Shown here in pieces: positions 41,001-55,280 of a stretch of DNA of 64,000 nucleotides. Made by a program: the position numbers and the translations under genes. The number at the start of each line of letters is the position of its first letter. Within the stretch, counting starts at the first letter, position 1. Below the pieces are notes generated by a model. That model had not been told where the DNA came from, ran no database searches, and saw only the letters and a program-made list of their open reading frames with translations. Source of the stretch: Balanoglossus misakiensis (taxonomy: Eukaryota > Animalia > Hemichordata); the NCBI GenBank assembly GCA_040954595.2, contig CM082579.2, forward strand, positions 368,922 to 432,921, given 5' to 3'.

Positions 41001-44000
41001 AATCTCTGCTAACCTGAATGTATCTGTAATTTATTTCCTTTTCTAACACTGATTTAGATGGCACATTTAAATTCTTTGGATGCACAACAGGTTTATCTCT
41101 ACCCATTTTGTGTTCTTGACAAGGTAATAAGTCTTGCAGAATGTCTAATGATCATATGGCAACCACATTTACATACATGTACATGTACCGTTATGTCTGT
41201 CATTTTAATCATGATATGTCATAAATTTTACAATAATAAAAAACTTGCTATTCCCCCAATTTCCAAATGACTCCATTGAAGAAAAGATGTGGCTGACCCA
41301 AATTTTTGTGGTGAAAGATGCAGCGAAAAATGTTTTCAATTTTTTGGTCTGGAAAAGAGCTATGTGTTTTCTTGTTTAGATGGTGGAGCTGATATCGGTC
41401 TGTGACACACCTCTTATTCAAGAAGCAGAAATATTTCTGCAAGAATCTGAAGAGAAGGTCCATGATGTAACATTGAAGACTAAACCAGCAACACTACCAT
41501 TGGTTAGTAGGAATACATGTGATATTTGCCTTGGAAATAACTGCTTTTAACAATCCCAATCCCTACTTCTTTATCAGACTCTTATTTCAAAGATTTTCTT
41601 TGTTTGAATATGATGAATTGTAGAAAAATTAAAAAGGGTCGATATGTACATGATTTTGATGTGAATTTTTCAGAAACAAACCACAGATGAAATTCGAAAG
41701 AATTTGATGAAATTAGGTCAACTACATAATGAGAGTTCAGCTGAAGAAAAAGGTTGGCAGAGTGAAGTGATTTCAACTGTGGATTTATTGTCCACTCAAG
41801 TCAAGACCCTGTGTCAACAAGCATCCAGTTGTCTGGCTTTGACTCAGATTCTGGTAAGTCGTTTGGTTTATATCCAATATGGCTGCCTGGGGCCGTTTTT
41901 TATGTACCAGCCTGTAATCCTCTCTGTGTGGATCATGGATTGTATGTTGTGATTAATAGTACATCAGATTCCATTGTGGATCTACACTGCAGTATCATCT
42001 CTCATTTCACAGGAAGGCCATCAACTCAGATCAATGCTGTCATCATTGCGATACAGACGGGACATAGTACTATCTCAAGCTGTAAGTTGTCATATTACAA
42101 GCTACATTAAAAGTGCATTAGATATATTATTTTTTATAAATTCAATGTAAAATATACAAAAGCTGCGATTGCATAATGTTTAGTACTTGAAACCTTTAGT
42201 GACTTATATTCTGTCTTCCACAGCTTACAAGCGTTATTGCTGGTATCTACACCAAACTCGCAACTCATGGAAGAGATGCTTTGTTCCAACTTCAGATGAG
42301 TCAAATTGGAATTTTGCTACAGTTTGAAAGTTTGTTGAGTACTTATGGTAAGAGACGGAATATAATCAATGACCAATATGTGACCATAATGTTCTGTAGA
42401 ACATGTGTCTGCCTGTCTCTGTCTGATTGTCTACCTGTGGATGAACAGGAATTGGGTACAAACCTGACTGCTATGAAGAATATCAAGACTATCAAGAGTG
42501 ACACGAAAAACATTTTGAAGTAAAATACACCCCTATACCTTACAGCATCAGTTGCATAGTAACCACTTTGTGTTGTATTACACAGGTGATGAGATGGGTA
42601 TGTTAGAAGACATGATTGTTGCTGTTGATGATTTGAACAATGTGACTGTCAGATTGACCAGGGGTAAACACGATGAGCTACAATTGCCAACATTCACAGG
42701 AAACAGGTAGATACAAGTATATTACTCTTGTATCGTTCCTATTAATGAAATATGAAATGATTTGAAAGAATTTTGATTTCTTTAGGCTACATGTATATAT
42801 TCAGTGCAACCCATCAATCTGGTCCATGTAAGATATCATTGGTTTGTTTTTCATTATCTCATTCATCCCTTTCAGGACACACATAACAGTCGACATTCCT
42901 GTGAATCCAGCTCTGTTTCTGAAGCTGCCAAGTGAAATTCAACGAGGTCAACAAATAAAACTCTGCCCTGTACTTTTTTCAATGGGAATTAATGAGCAGG
43001 CTACACTTGCAGAGAGGTAAGTCTGACACAGTCCCTTACTGCCTGCATTCTTCTCATTCCAAAAACATGTTTGCTTTTATGAAATAGTAACGCTGATATT
43101 GATCATTCAATGTTCAAACATTTTGACTTCACAGATTTGGGGACACATCATTACAAGAGCAAATCAACCGTGAAAATGTGTATGTGATGAGAAATTACTG
43201 GGATCGTTTCACAAATTTATCTAAACGAAAATGTAAGTTTTCGATATCGTCTGCTGCTTTACTTGAGGATTAAACAGGATTGGACAAACAAAGATTGTGT
43301 AGGTCGTCATCACAGAGACGAAGATGCCCTTTACTGTTGTTGTTTATCTTGATGCTTTTTGTCACCATGGACATGTGATTGATATCCATTCAATATATAT
43401 CAACAGCATCTGGTGAAGTGTCAAGAAGTGATTCTTTAGAAGTATTACTTACAAGACTTCAAGAAGCTGTTGGCACCAAGAAACCCAAAAATGTGGATAT
43501 TCTTCAGCTAGCTTCTCAGGTAGATTGGTTTATGATTGTATTTTAATACTGAAAAGTTTGTAATTGCTTCCTGGTGGTTTAAAAAAAGACATTTTTGTTT
43601 AACATTTTTTATTTTCCTGTCAGCTTTGTTTGCAGATGAACGGTATTCATTTCATCAGCTGCAAGAGTGCCAAGGACAGAACAGCCATGTCTGTCACTTT
43701 AGAACAGTGTATGATTTTACAACGAGAATATTGGATTGATGCCAGGACGTTCAGTCATCTCTTAGACACTATGAGAAGGTTTGTCATGGTTGCTTCCCAT
43801 CTCCCATCCCACACACACACACATGCATGCACATTCATGATCTCCATGACACATACTTGGTAACAATCCAAAAACTTTCAAATGCTCATTGTGTGTCTTT
43901 CAGTACAACTGACAACCCCATGTTACTAATTTGACCAATCATCGTGTAGAAAATAAATGAAGTATGTTACAATTCTGTAATGACATCAATTCTTGACTTG

Positions 44001-44156
44001 TACTTCGGTTTTATACTTTACAGTGAAGGCACCAGGAGAGCCAACACAATGAAGAACCTTGGAATCCGAAAGTATGCATTTAACAGCCTGCAGATCATGG
44101 CCTTACCCAAACTCTACAGACCACCAGATGGAACATACGGCAAGACACAGACATAG
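34513..44156 (+). CDS. INPP4: Inositol polyphosphate 4-phosphatase with N-terminal PH domain, C2 domain and CX5R phosphatase domain
   Basis: Exons 34513-34648, 35128-35280, 36507-36764, 36984-37105, 37272-37388, 37581-37715, 37982-38023, 38723-38961, 39187-39244, 39541-39643, 39932-40033, 40213-40324, 40435-40600, 41380-41457, 41674-41853, 42013-42081, 42224-42347, 42586-42706, 42876-43016, 43135-43232, 43407-43519, 43624-43778, 44024-44156. Motifs: [31 protein letters not shown], catalytic CKSAKDRT (43660-43683) and C-terminal [10 protein letters not shown]. Confidence 0.93.
34697..35074. repeat. Compound GAT/GGT microsatellite with a 72-75 bp higher-order unit, in INPP4 intron 1
   Basis: (GAT)n is interrupted four times by GAA(GGT)6GATGGT, starting at 34787, 34859, 34934 and 35006. 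Confidence 0.95.
35561..35739. mobile_element. TA-flanked MITE-like element in INPP4 intron 2
   Basis: Left end TACAGTAAAACAGGATATTTTC compared with the reverse complement of the right end, TACTGTAAAACGGGAAACTTTC: imperfect 22-bp TIR including terminal TA. Confidence 0.6.
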
Positions 44157-45247
44157 AAATTGAACCAGTCAAATGCAAATGTTTCTAGTGATAGGCTGTA
44201 AAATACTTCATAGAAATTAAAATTAATAAATATCCGTTGTAAATTAATTGTAAAGCTGTAAAACTGTCAAGAGTAATTTTAAATGCAATCGAAAATAACT
44301 CACTACCTGCAATTTCTGAAACTAGTTAAATGAATTTTTTGTGCCAAGGTAATTTACATATATTTGGCAACTGCCAGGGTTATTTTGTCCTGTTTTAAAT
44401 GTTCAAAAGTGTTGACATTATCAATGTACAGAATTCATCACCCTCCATGTAGTTCCATGGCATTATATATTTGTAAAAACAGAAATGTATTTTAAGCAAA
44501 CCTTTTAAGCAGAATTGTTCACAATATTGCAATAGATTTGGTTGTATTATAAAGGGATGTTGTATTTATACTTGTGAATGGAAGAGAGGTAGCTGGATAG
44601 ATAGAAGAAATGTGGAAAGTTTATGAACTTGCTCCGTATAGATGTGAATTTGTATGTATTTAGATTTTTTAGCTACGTTAGTTGAATCTATCAACTTTAC
44701 AGAGGTAAAGGCCGTTAACTGTCTTATGCGCATATGCCCTTTTTCGAGTGTACAAACATTATGTCCAAGTAACAAGAGGGGAAAAAGCAAAAACAAACCT
44801 TGATGTAAAATGTCAAGAACCATATGTCATGTGACATTTGCAAACTTCATTCTCTTTAAATTCTGCTAATAAAGGAATACTACTTCAGCTTATAATTTAG
44901 TTATGTGTGAATATTTTACCATTCCAATCATCTGAAAAATTGTTATCTCACTGCCAATTTAGAAGAATTCTTCTCAATGCTTTGTTGCACATTTCTACAT
45001 ATTGTACCCCCTAATGATACAAATAACCTTTAAAAGGTATGTATTACATAAAATAATATTTAGTTCATTTGTAATAAAATAAATGTTTGACCACTTACTT
45101 GTACAAATTTGCATGTACAGTAATCATACGCAAGACTAGGCCACAGTTGATCAATAGAATGCAGACACCTTGCACACCTAGATTGTAGCACCAAAAATAC
45201 AGCCCTGATAAATATTCCTTCACCTGTGGGCAAAGATAATGAGAAGT

Positions 45248-45339
45248 TTAACCCTTTCACCCCGACTCCCCTGTGGAGAGGTCCATCTTTACCTTAGAGA
45301 AAATAGATTTGGCCCAAACCATAGTGGTGAAAGGGTTAA
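45248..45339. mobile_element. TTAA-flanked piggyBac-type mini-element just downstream of the RNF14 stop
   Basis: TTAA-CCCTTTCACC...GGTGAAAGGG-TTAA: perfect 10-bp TIRs, 84-bp body, TTAA on both sides. Confidence 0.75.
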
Positions 45340-45431
45340 GATATTTAAAATGGCCACATAATTTATACCCTGCTTCTAAATTAGTTGTGATCATAATGTT
45401 GATCTAACATGATTTCATGCTGAAACTGTTG

Positions 45432-47899
45432 CTATAGGAACCACCACTGGGGTTCCCAGTCTTGCTCATCATCATCATCATCATCTATCCTTTCCATTCC
45501 CTGGAAAAGTTGGTTGAAACACGGAGATCCCGGAGCGTTGAAGTGAGTGTACGGATTACTCCTGGACAACATACTGGAACACAACCAGCAGAAGTAAGCT
45601 CGACATTTGATACAAGTCATCTTGTTACACCCATCAATTTTCTGTAAGATAAACACAGTATCTGATGTTGGTATGCCATATTTCAAGAAAACAGTTCATA
45701 TTAAGAAGTTCAAAGTATCAACATTGATCTTAGAAAAGGTACAAGAAAATGTTGAAAGCAAATGAATGAGAAAGAAAACTCAAACATAGTCTGAGTAACC
45801 CAAAGGCTTCTGACAAAATCACAAAATGTACCTGGATGTGAGTGCCACAGTTTGGACATTCCTTGCTGTGACTTTCAAGCCACTGTTCACTGTAAGATTC
45901 TTCCAAAGCTTGTTTGATGACACGTTTGCCATAACGCTTCTCAAGGAACATCTTCTTCTGTTCATCTGCTTCTTCGTATTCTTTCCGTAATTCAGAAAGT
46001 TGAGCTGAATTCAAAAATGAGTATTCTATCAGAGGGACTTAAATATCACCAGGAGTTTGCGTCCACCATTTTACCGTTATGATACAAGCAGTTAGCACAG
46101 AGTATGTGACCCCTCAGGGGAGTGAGAATTAGTCCACATACACACACAAATAGACACACACACACTATTTCTTACCTTTTTTGATTTTACATGGTGAGAG
46201 CCCATGATATGCTAAGTTACAGAAGGTACAGAATGCATACTGACAGGCTGGACATACTCCCATGTTAGAGTCTTTCTCTGTCATCACTGCACACTGACAG
46301 TTCTTGCGAGGGCAGTATACAATATCTGCCATTCCATCCAGAGATGACTGCAGCAGTAGACGGTCATATCTGGTAAACAGCTCTTTTCCAACTAATTCGT
46401 AGACCTTTGAAAAGAGAGGAATCGTGGTTTACTAAATGCTAATGAAGTGACATTTTGGTGTACATGAACTATGTAAATCCTGTTAGTTATTTACATTTGC
46501 ATGCCTTAGAAAAACATGTTAACTCTACTAACCTGTGATGGGATTGCTTGCGAATCACAATCAGTTTCCGGGCAGTTCAAACACTTCACGTTGCCTTCGT
46601 TGATTTGTACTTCAAAGTAACTCTTCATACATTCCTTGCAGTAAACATGAGAGCAGTCCACAAAATTGATGCAATCACAACCTCTCTTTTCAGCAAAGCA
46701 GACATTACATGTGAAGAATGACGCATTGAAAACTCTCTGCTGTTCTTGTTTGTCATAATCAACCAATGTAACTAGCAGCAATGTAGGAGATGCTATGTCT
46801 TGTATCGCTCGTGGGTCAGTTTGAATCTTGTTCTCTATTACACCGCCTCCTTCTTCTTCTTCTCCTTCATCTTGACCAGTTCTCGCATCCTCTTTCATTT
46901 TATTTCCTTTCTTAATTCCAACTGAAGTCAACTTCAGTGGAGATTTTATCTTCAGGAAATTCATGGCTTCTTCTGACAGAAACTGGGTCCACATAAACAA
47001 GACAACACCACCCTTGTTTTCTTCCCAGATTTCATCAAGTTTAGCACAGAGTTTAGACAACTATAAAAGAAAGTAAGATACAATCTTAAATGCAGATCTC
47101 TTCAACAATTGTATCTCTGATTAAACTCAAAGTTTTCATCTGTCTCTCTGCTGTATTTTATGCCCAGTAACTGAACAAGTTTCAAGTAAAACAACTACAA
47201 ATTTCAGGAGACCATACAGTGATACTCAGAGTCTTAATATTCAACAGACAATTATTTGAAAAAATGAATTTGAAAAAAGTGTGACAAAGATCACCACTCA
47301 CCAGGGAAACACTGAGCCATTTGCATGACAATGTGTATTGTGGAGCATGGCATGATGGGTAGTCTGAAGGATACTGGAAGTTGAGAACTATGGGAGGCAA
47401 GTGTTTTACCGGGTACAAGGTATGCCCTTCTTCATCTTCAAGAATATTTACACCTGAAAAGATTCAGACAGGAAAACATATGTTTTGTCTTGGTCATATT
47501 AGTGTTTTTCTCAGGTCAAACTTCTCTCATATTCAATATCATGTCAGTGCTCTAAGCAACCCTCCATCAATAAATAATTTGCACCATCAGTCGGTGGTGT
47601 GATTTTTTCTACATGCATTAACTTCGCAAAATACCCACAGTCCAGCGGATTCACTGTTTCATCTGGGCTGCTTCATAACTAACACTATAATGTCCTTCAA
47701 TCTCAGTCTTACCTTTTGTACTTAGATGTGTAGGAAGTGGCCCAGCAAGTTGTAAATAAAAAGTATCAGGAATTTGTAATTTAGAATTAAATTGTCCACC
47801 AATGTTTTCATCCCCAGCGATGAAGATGTCATCATCTTCATAGATGCTGGCCAGTGCTAAGATTTCATCTTCTTGTTCTTCTTTATCGGGAGATGCCAT
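45432..47899 (-). CDS. RNF14: RBR E3 ubiquitin ligase RNF14 (RWD-RING1-IBR-RING2), about 492 aa
   Basis: Exons 47713-47899, 47302-47453, 46533-47060, 46176-46404, 45832-46004 and 45432-45641 total 1479 nt. Motifs: EEQEDEILALASIY, HLPPIVLNFQYPSDYPS, CNVCF...CSHVYCKECM, KECPNCGTHIQKIDGCNKMTC...FCWLC. Confidence 0.95.
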
Positions 47900-48337
47900 A
47901 GTCTTTCAATTATCTGTTGAAAGACATTGAAGACTACCAGTAATCAAATAGCAACATAAAAATCATGTCTGCTAGTACTAGTACCTCCATCATATTTTGG
48001 AGTGACACTGACGGAACATAGAGCTAAGTCTGATGTGTTTCTACCTCTGCGTGACAGGGGTGTGTACTTGTTACCAGTTAGTTGCACTTCAAACACTCAG
48101 GTCGTTACAACACACAGCCCTGGCCACCCGTACCCAGAGCTCTAGCTGCAGTAGCCAGTACGGTGGCTTGAGGTGTTTATCTGGTGTAAGCCATGATGAG
48201 AGATGCAGGCAACCCGGGGCAGGCAAGTCACCCAAACGCATCCCCTGCCCAAAGCAATTCCTACTATATTACACCACGTTTCTGCGTTCCTATGACAGCT
48301 GTCTGGTGCAACATCCCGGGTCTATTGCACAACTCAC

Positions 48338-48395
48338 CTCTAGAACTTCCTTTCCGTATCTCGCATGGGCGCGGCCATGTTGACACACGCCCTCA
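48338..48395 (-). promoter_or_regulatory. Probable RNF14 non-coding first exon and core promoter
   Basis: Strong donor AG|GTGAGT at 48338/48337. YY1-like AACATGGCCGC at about 48371-48381, ETS-like GGAA cores and local CpG enrichment. An acceptor lies near 47913, just above the ATG. Confidence 0.45.
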
Positions 48396-51300
48396 GTGTT
48401 CGCTCATGAGATTGGCATGGGTCTGGTGCAATCATGACCACCAATGGTGTGTCCGAGAAATTTTGACTGAGAAAATACATGCAGAACAAAGTTGGAGTTA
48501 CATGAGCTCAACTAGTGACCGTGCCTAAACTAAACTATACGCTCAATAGTGTTGAATACACAGGAGAACTGTGCGTGAAGTCTCGCAAAGTGGTTTATTT
48601 CTACAAGTCAAGATAAGACATGTTCGAAACCCCTGGGGTCCTACCATGGAAGAGGTCTAATGGTATCTGTCAGCCGAGCGATTCCTGATTCAATGATTTT
48701 GAATTGGCCCAGTTTTGGTCATGATTTTTGTTCTTCTGTGGTTAGAAGAGAGCTAGAACTTACTAAAAATGTCTTAAGAAGTGGTTACGATTCACATATC
48801 TGGGTGTCACTCACCCCTGACTACTCTAACTTTCCCCTGGCGTATCCCACCTCGGGATTTGATAAAGAAACACGATCGCTCGCGGCCATGGTGATTGCAG
48901 ACATCGGGTTTGGCGAGATTATGTGTGAAAATAAACCGCCCATTCACAGCTTTTTTTCTAAGCAAGCATTTTATCCAAAAGGTGTCCTGGTTAGAATAGT
49001 TGTAACAATGGAAAACTGTGCTTCTTAAATTAGAAAAATTTGCCCTGGGGAAAAAGTACACAGCTGTTTGTGTCGTATTCCCTCTAAAAAGCTAATGATA
49101 GAAAGACTGAATCCAAGTTTTGGCTCTGATTGTAGAGTTTTGTTCGAGCTAAAAAGATTTTGTTATCGAAGCAAATTCACGAAGGATACAGTTATCTCTC
49201 TCTCCCCCTCCCCCCCTCTCTCTCGTTGAATGTAAATGTAACATTCAGTAATAAATGATAATGGTACACATAGTTTTACCTGTAGACATGACCTGGGAAA
49301 AACTATTATTAAATCTCCGCGATAACCACGGGCACCTCTATATTCTGTTCATAGAACACTAGCAAAGAGTTTTCGAACACTGTTTGCTCTAGGACCACAC
49401 AGCTCTTTCAAAATTCACTGAGATTTAATTTTAGAAAGTCATTTGAAAGTGCATTAACCCACAATTGGTTCTTTTGCCTTATTTACCCTGTCCGTTTTTC
49501 ATTTTAATTCGAACGTGACAATGTTTTCCCAAGTTTAATTCGTCGAGCTAAGAGCAAACAGCTCCGGGCGATAATGGACAAGGTCTCCCAAAGGAATAGG
49601 AACATTAAAAGACGCACAATTCAGAGCATACATGGACGAATTGCGTAAGGGCAAATCTTATTTCAATTTGTCCAAGATCGGTCGAACATGTTCATGACCG
49701 TCAGGATTTGATTTATTTTTCGTTCAAGAAAGTGAAAGAAAACTATCAGCATCTTGACAAGTATTGTTGTTGCAAATGGGCTCTCAGTCTCAGCAGTTAT
49801 AATGGACTGGAAATTAAAAAAATGTAATTGTCCTCATTAGAGACAAGGTGAGCAAGCTAATGCTTGATCTCTCCTACTCTGTAAGTTTTTGAATCCATTC
49901 TGTCTATTTGTATGATGCTTGTTTGGAAAATGTTTTAGTACGGTGTAGCAGCGATGCCAGAGCAACGATATTGGTAATTTGGAACTCATCACTCTCGTGT
50001 CTGGTGTCGACTTGGGGAGTCTGTGGTGACCTCGATCAAGGTTATCTTTTATAACGGTGAACAGTTCTCTAAAAGACGATGGACTATGAAAAACTGAGAA
50101 GAAAATACACTTGGTCTTGATTTCAATGTGCACAGAGGATTGAAAGGATGGGAAAAACAAAACAACGTCTTTATGGTCTCTTTTGCAAAGATTGTCTTCA
50201 AACAAGATGGTTAAATAATCTCTTCAAAACTGCTGGAGATGCCGGAGACAGGTCCTTGGAAACCATGGTAATGCTAACTACAGCTTATTCGGAGGGTCAA
50301 CATTTTGTTTTTTTCTTAGTCAGCTCTTGGGGAAAATTCAATACCAGCGGGTAAAATATCTGGAAATTACACAATTGTTTTGCACCACATGGGATTAATC
50401 TCGATCTTTCTCTGATGCCAATTCAATCATTTAGTTCCCACGTGAATTGCCTGTCGTCTCTGAAGAGACAGTGTTGGGACGCGAGGTCATAGCAGTGTCT
50501 GTACATATATAGTGTATTCAGTCGCTATGGAAACACTTTCTTCTACACTAAAGTTACTCATACTGTTCTGTTGAAACAACGCTTTTGGTTATGATGGACG
50601 GACTTTGGTCAGATACTGTTAGTCATGTCACCAGTTGGTAGCAATTTAGTGTGTCACTCTTGACGGTTGTGTTGACTGCTTGTGGTTTCACGGTGGGTGA
50701 ATCACCCATAACGGAAGACCTACATCAATGGTGTCTTGCACACCTGACTAGCCAATTTCATGGCCGATGGAAGACGCTTCCCTTTCTCTTGGGAAGCATC
50801 TTTTTTGCATTCCTTTCAATCGAAGACACGTCAATCTAAAACGCGAAATCTAAACTAAATGACGAGAGGGTTGGGATGTTTCTCAACCACATCTTTTGTT
50901 TTCCTTAGCCTCAACCGTTATATCAAATCCCTTGCTGATAACTATCGAAGACTTAACCGCCTTAAAATCTATGTTATGGTTCAGAAATATGTGTTCAACT
51001 CAAACAAAATGAAGAGACCATCGTTCAGTCCTATTTTGATGATGACAGCGAAACTCATCGTGACAAAACATCACAAGCTATCGTTTGAATACACAGAAGG
51101 GCGGTTGTTTTCGCTAAATCCGCGGAGTTCAATGGCCCTTCCTTAAAAGTGTGGTAAGGTAGTCAATTGGAACAGCATCGTGATGAAAACGGCTAATGTG
51201 TGCGAATTTCTTTTAGTGGATGACGCAGACTACCTTTCTCTAAAGTTTTTTGGACACCCTAAAATGCATGTTTGTGCTGCCTATAATGGGACAAGTAGTG

Positions 51301-53245
51301 AACAAAGATTGCTAAACTTGTGGTCATTGGCCGAAGGGCAAGTTTTATTTGCCACCTCGAGGTTGTTATCTTATACAGACCTCTGGCCCATACACGCATG
51401 TTCACACGAACGGCAATCGTTTAGGGTTAACTGGCATCAGATTAGATCAGTGTTGACATTGCCAGTCATTGCCCGTGAAATGAAGCTATATGACAGTTCG
51501 CTTTATAGCATCAGAGTAATAACTGGCGATAGAGCGAAATGAGATTCAAACTTAAGACTAAATTACCATTTCAACGCCTAAAATGACATTCTGGTTATCA
51601 CATATATCCCTCTGTGCAACTGAAAGCCTGTTTGAACAAGCGCTGAGATGTCCAGGCATGTCAAAATAGCACACCTGTTACAAAATTGATTGTACAGGAT
51701 GAGACGTTTCCAAGGTAACGCGTGTTCGCTGATTAATCATGACAATATTGCATGGATATGTCAACAGTGTTAATGTATTACTTTAGTATAAGCTGTAAGA
51801 GGATATTCAATGAGAAAACCCGAAAAAGTTGTATCTCTGAGAGTATACGCCATTTACCATCAATGAGGGGAATGTTACCGTAATACGCTTATTTACGTGA
51901 AATGGTTGATTGTAGAAAGGAACAACGCTTTAACCTCTGTTAATGGACGTTCTGGTGTTACCACGAAACCACACAGTCTGTACTATAACGGGATTCCTAA
52001 AAAGGTTCATTGTGTAGTTGCGCAAACTTCTCTCAAAATAGCAACGTGGGTGACGCACGTTGGTGAAATTAGCTGCTGGTCCCAAGGGAGATCGTGTACA
52101 GTAAATTGTATTCAACGACACGTCGGGTGGCTAATTTTACAATTACAGGTTATATCCATTACACACCCTTCAATTAAACGTCTTCTACTTATCCTTCACT
52201 TCAGGGATTCTACTTCAACCATTTCTGTCATCTGTCGACTTTTTATACTTGACAGCGGAGAAATTCGCAAATGTCTCACAGGAAAGGGTCACCCATACGT
52301 TTGATCGTATGAAAAGTCTTCAAATCTCTCAGAAATTCATTCAGTACAAGTTAATTGGATCTACAGTCATTACACTAACACTGTAAATTTACATGTTATT
52401 GTGGGAAGTTGCTATCTGTTAATTGCCTGCCATAGCTTATCCTATTATGACGATTCTTCAACTAGACAAACATTATTATACCATTACCTTTGTAGTTTGT
52501 ACGTTATAATGGACGTCTGTGTGTATGTGTCTGTTTGTCTGTCCGTCTATCTCTTTGCTATCGAGTAAAATTGTTTTCATCGATACCTTGATGTATGAAG
52601 TGTTTCCATGATATATCTATATTATAACCCTTCACATAAAATTTACATTCAAGTACGAAACGTGTACATGAATTTTGCCGCAGTTATACGAACACAGTTC
52701 TCGGGATAATTATCAATAAATCAAATGAGTCCATTGGCCACTTGCTTCGCAAGATGACCACGTGACGCCATCGGGTACAAGCGTCACGTCACCACGACAA
52801 CAGTTCAAATATCAGTCAGCCTGGAGCAACGTAAATCTCATAACCGCTATTACGGCAGCGCTTTCAGACAACACAATGAGCGAGAGTAATAAAAGTGGAC
52901 GGGTCAGCTTCGACATGATCGGCTCTGCTCTGAAGGTGCGCGCTTTTGACAGCCATTATCATAGCTGAATTGACGTCGCTACGACACTCCGCTAAACACG
53001 CATACCAAACTTAGCCTTCTTTCTGTTGGTTCTCACTCCGGAAACGTGCAATGCAACTCTACAGGAATAGTCAAACTTGTGTAAAGAGGTTCCATGCACT
53101 TTGGTTCCGTTGATGATACCAGTTGGGATTGTGATCACCTTAATCCCGTTTTATACAACAAACGAAGTAAACTATTATGGTGGAATTAGAAAAAAAAATG
53201 TAATACAACGCCGGCAATAAACTTCGGCAGATTTATTTTGCACAG

Positions 53246-53330
53246 AGTCAGAGAGAGGGGGAGAGAGTGTGTGAGAGAGAAGGGGGAGAGGGAGGGAGAG
53301 AGGGAGGGAGGGAGGGAGGGAGAGAGAGAC
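53246..53330. repeat. Polypurine GA/GGGA tract
   Basis: Near-pure GA and GGGA repeats. Confidence 0.85.
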
Positions 53331-55280
53331 TGACAGGCAGGCAGCAAGACAGACAGACATGTCTGCTGTCTGTATATGCTTGGACCCTGAGGCGTTGGCT
53401 GACTGGATTTCAGCAGCTGACACGTCAACCAGGGTTGGTTCGGGTCAATCGACAGGATCCCAAACAGCTGTGAAGTTGCAAGTCAAGTCATGCATGGAAA
53501 TTATTATTGTTTAAAAATGCAAGGACTTTGATGTCTTCGATGCTTCGAATCTCGCAGCTTACTGTTATCAATCGGATCGAAAATTCAAACTTTCAAAAAT
53601 ATGGGAAATTACAAGAAGTCTATCTTTGTTAACAGCTAAAAGTATTTTTTAATTTTATACTGCAATGTTGGAGAATGACAAAAAATTGCTGATAATTCCC
53701 TTGTTTCCTAGAAAGTTTGGAAGAGTCTCAATGGTGGCTATGAATTATCAAACTGAATTTGCAATAATATACTACTGTTGAAAACTTTTCGTTTGATCCA
53801 TTTTGATTACGACACTCGAGACAACGAAGACAAAAGGTAAGCCTTAAGACCAGAAAATATTTGATTTTCAGAATTTGTAACCCATTACGTTGTCTGAATA
53901 TTTACGAAGATTTGAATTTGCATTCCACCAGTAAGTATTGCAATGGGAACCGGAGGGTTGTGTAACTATTCTGTTCTCAAATGTGGTGTTGGAATTTTTG
54001 ATTTTTAGCGAGTTTTCCTTGGAAAATATTCACTGGTGTTCTCCAAACGTGTAGAATTTGTCATACATGGTGTGCGTGGGTTGCGGCCCCGCGAAGTCAG
54101 TATTTTTAACGTTCACCTATTTCTTGAGAGAGAGAGAATATGTATGTTTATGTGCGTGTGTTTGAGTATCAGTGGATTTGTTATTCAATTCGGTGGCCCA
54201 GATGGAAAAGAAAACAAAGAATTCGTGCCATCTTCATGAGAAATCACGATTTATCAGGTCAGCAATGGTGCCAAATAACAGATCAGCAATATTGAGATGA
54301 AGACCCTGCGTCCCGCACTCCGTTGGTCGATTCTTACATTACAGTTTACCGTTTCATTTTTCCCCGACACAACGCCTTTAATAAGATGATTTTTATTGGG
54401 TTGGAAACTCTGATGTCTCGGTGACAAAAGTCACATTATACAGCCGAACGAACCAATCCGTCTCCACTTCGGCGTGAAATGGTTTGTCTTGCCTTCGGTA
54501 TCAAAGCCTCGAGGCGGGAGTTCGAAACTTGTGTGTCGTATTCTCATAGACCATTCTCTACCTTGATAGACGTGGGATCTTTGCTGGTAGATCATCCTGT
54601 CTTGTCACTCTCACTGTGATGATTCTGGTTAAATTAAACTTGATTTTGGCAGCTAAAATGAACGTATCGCTTAATGTTTGTGCTCATTTCATCACGGATA
54701 AGAATAAAACTGTTAACGGTCATCGTTTTATTGTCGACTTGACCGACCTGATCACTCTAATGCAATGTCCAGCACAACATCGACAACACCGACGGGTAAA
54801 TTTCAATTTGAGTAAACGGGTAACTTGGAAAAACTACTTCTTTCTCATTTCTCACGTGTTTATTCTCATAAGTGCGTCTGAATTTTAATGTTTGTTAGTT
54901 GCGCATTTGTCGGCGTTGGGTGCACGGGCAACTTCCCGGCGGCGGTGAAGTATGTTCCCGCAGAGCATTTTCTGCAGACGGTGACCTCGAATATTTGACA
55001 CACAGACGTCGTCTGGCAAATCAACAGGTGGAGGTTGTTGTCTTGAAATGTGATATCATTAATAAAATGAACTTCAGAAGTTAATATCACGACCAACACT
55101 TGTGATGAATCTCGAAAAGATCAAAATTACACAAGTGAGAAATTTGAAGAGCTTACTGTTTACATGTACTCGAAGTTTACTGTTGAACCATGGTGCGTGT
55201 CTGATACGAGTTGAACATGTTCGCGAATGCCTAGGTCCAAGAAGAACCATTTTGCTAAAAAAAAGATCCCATGGAACGTG

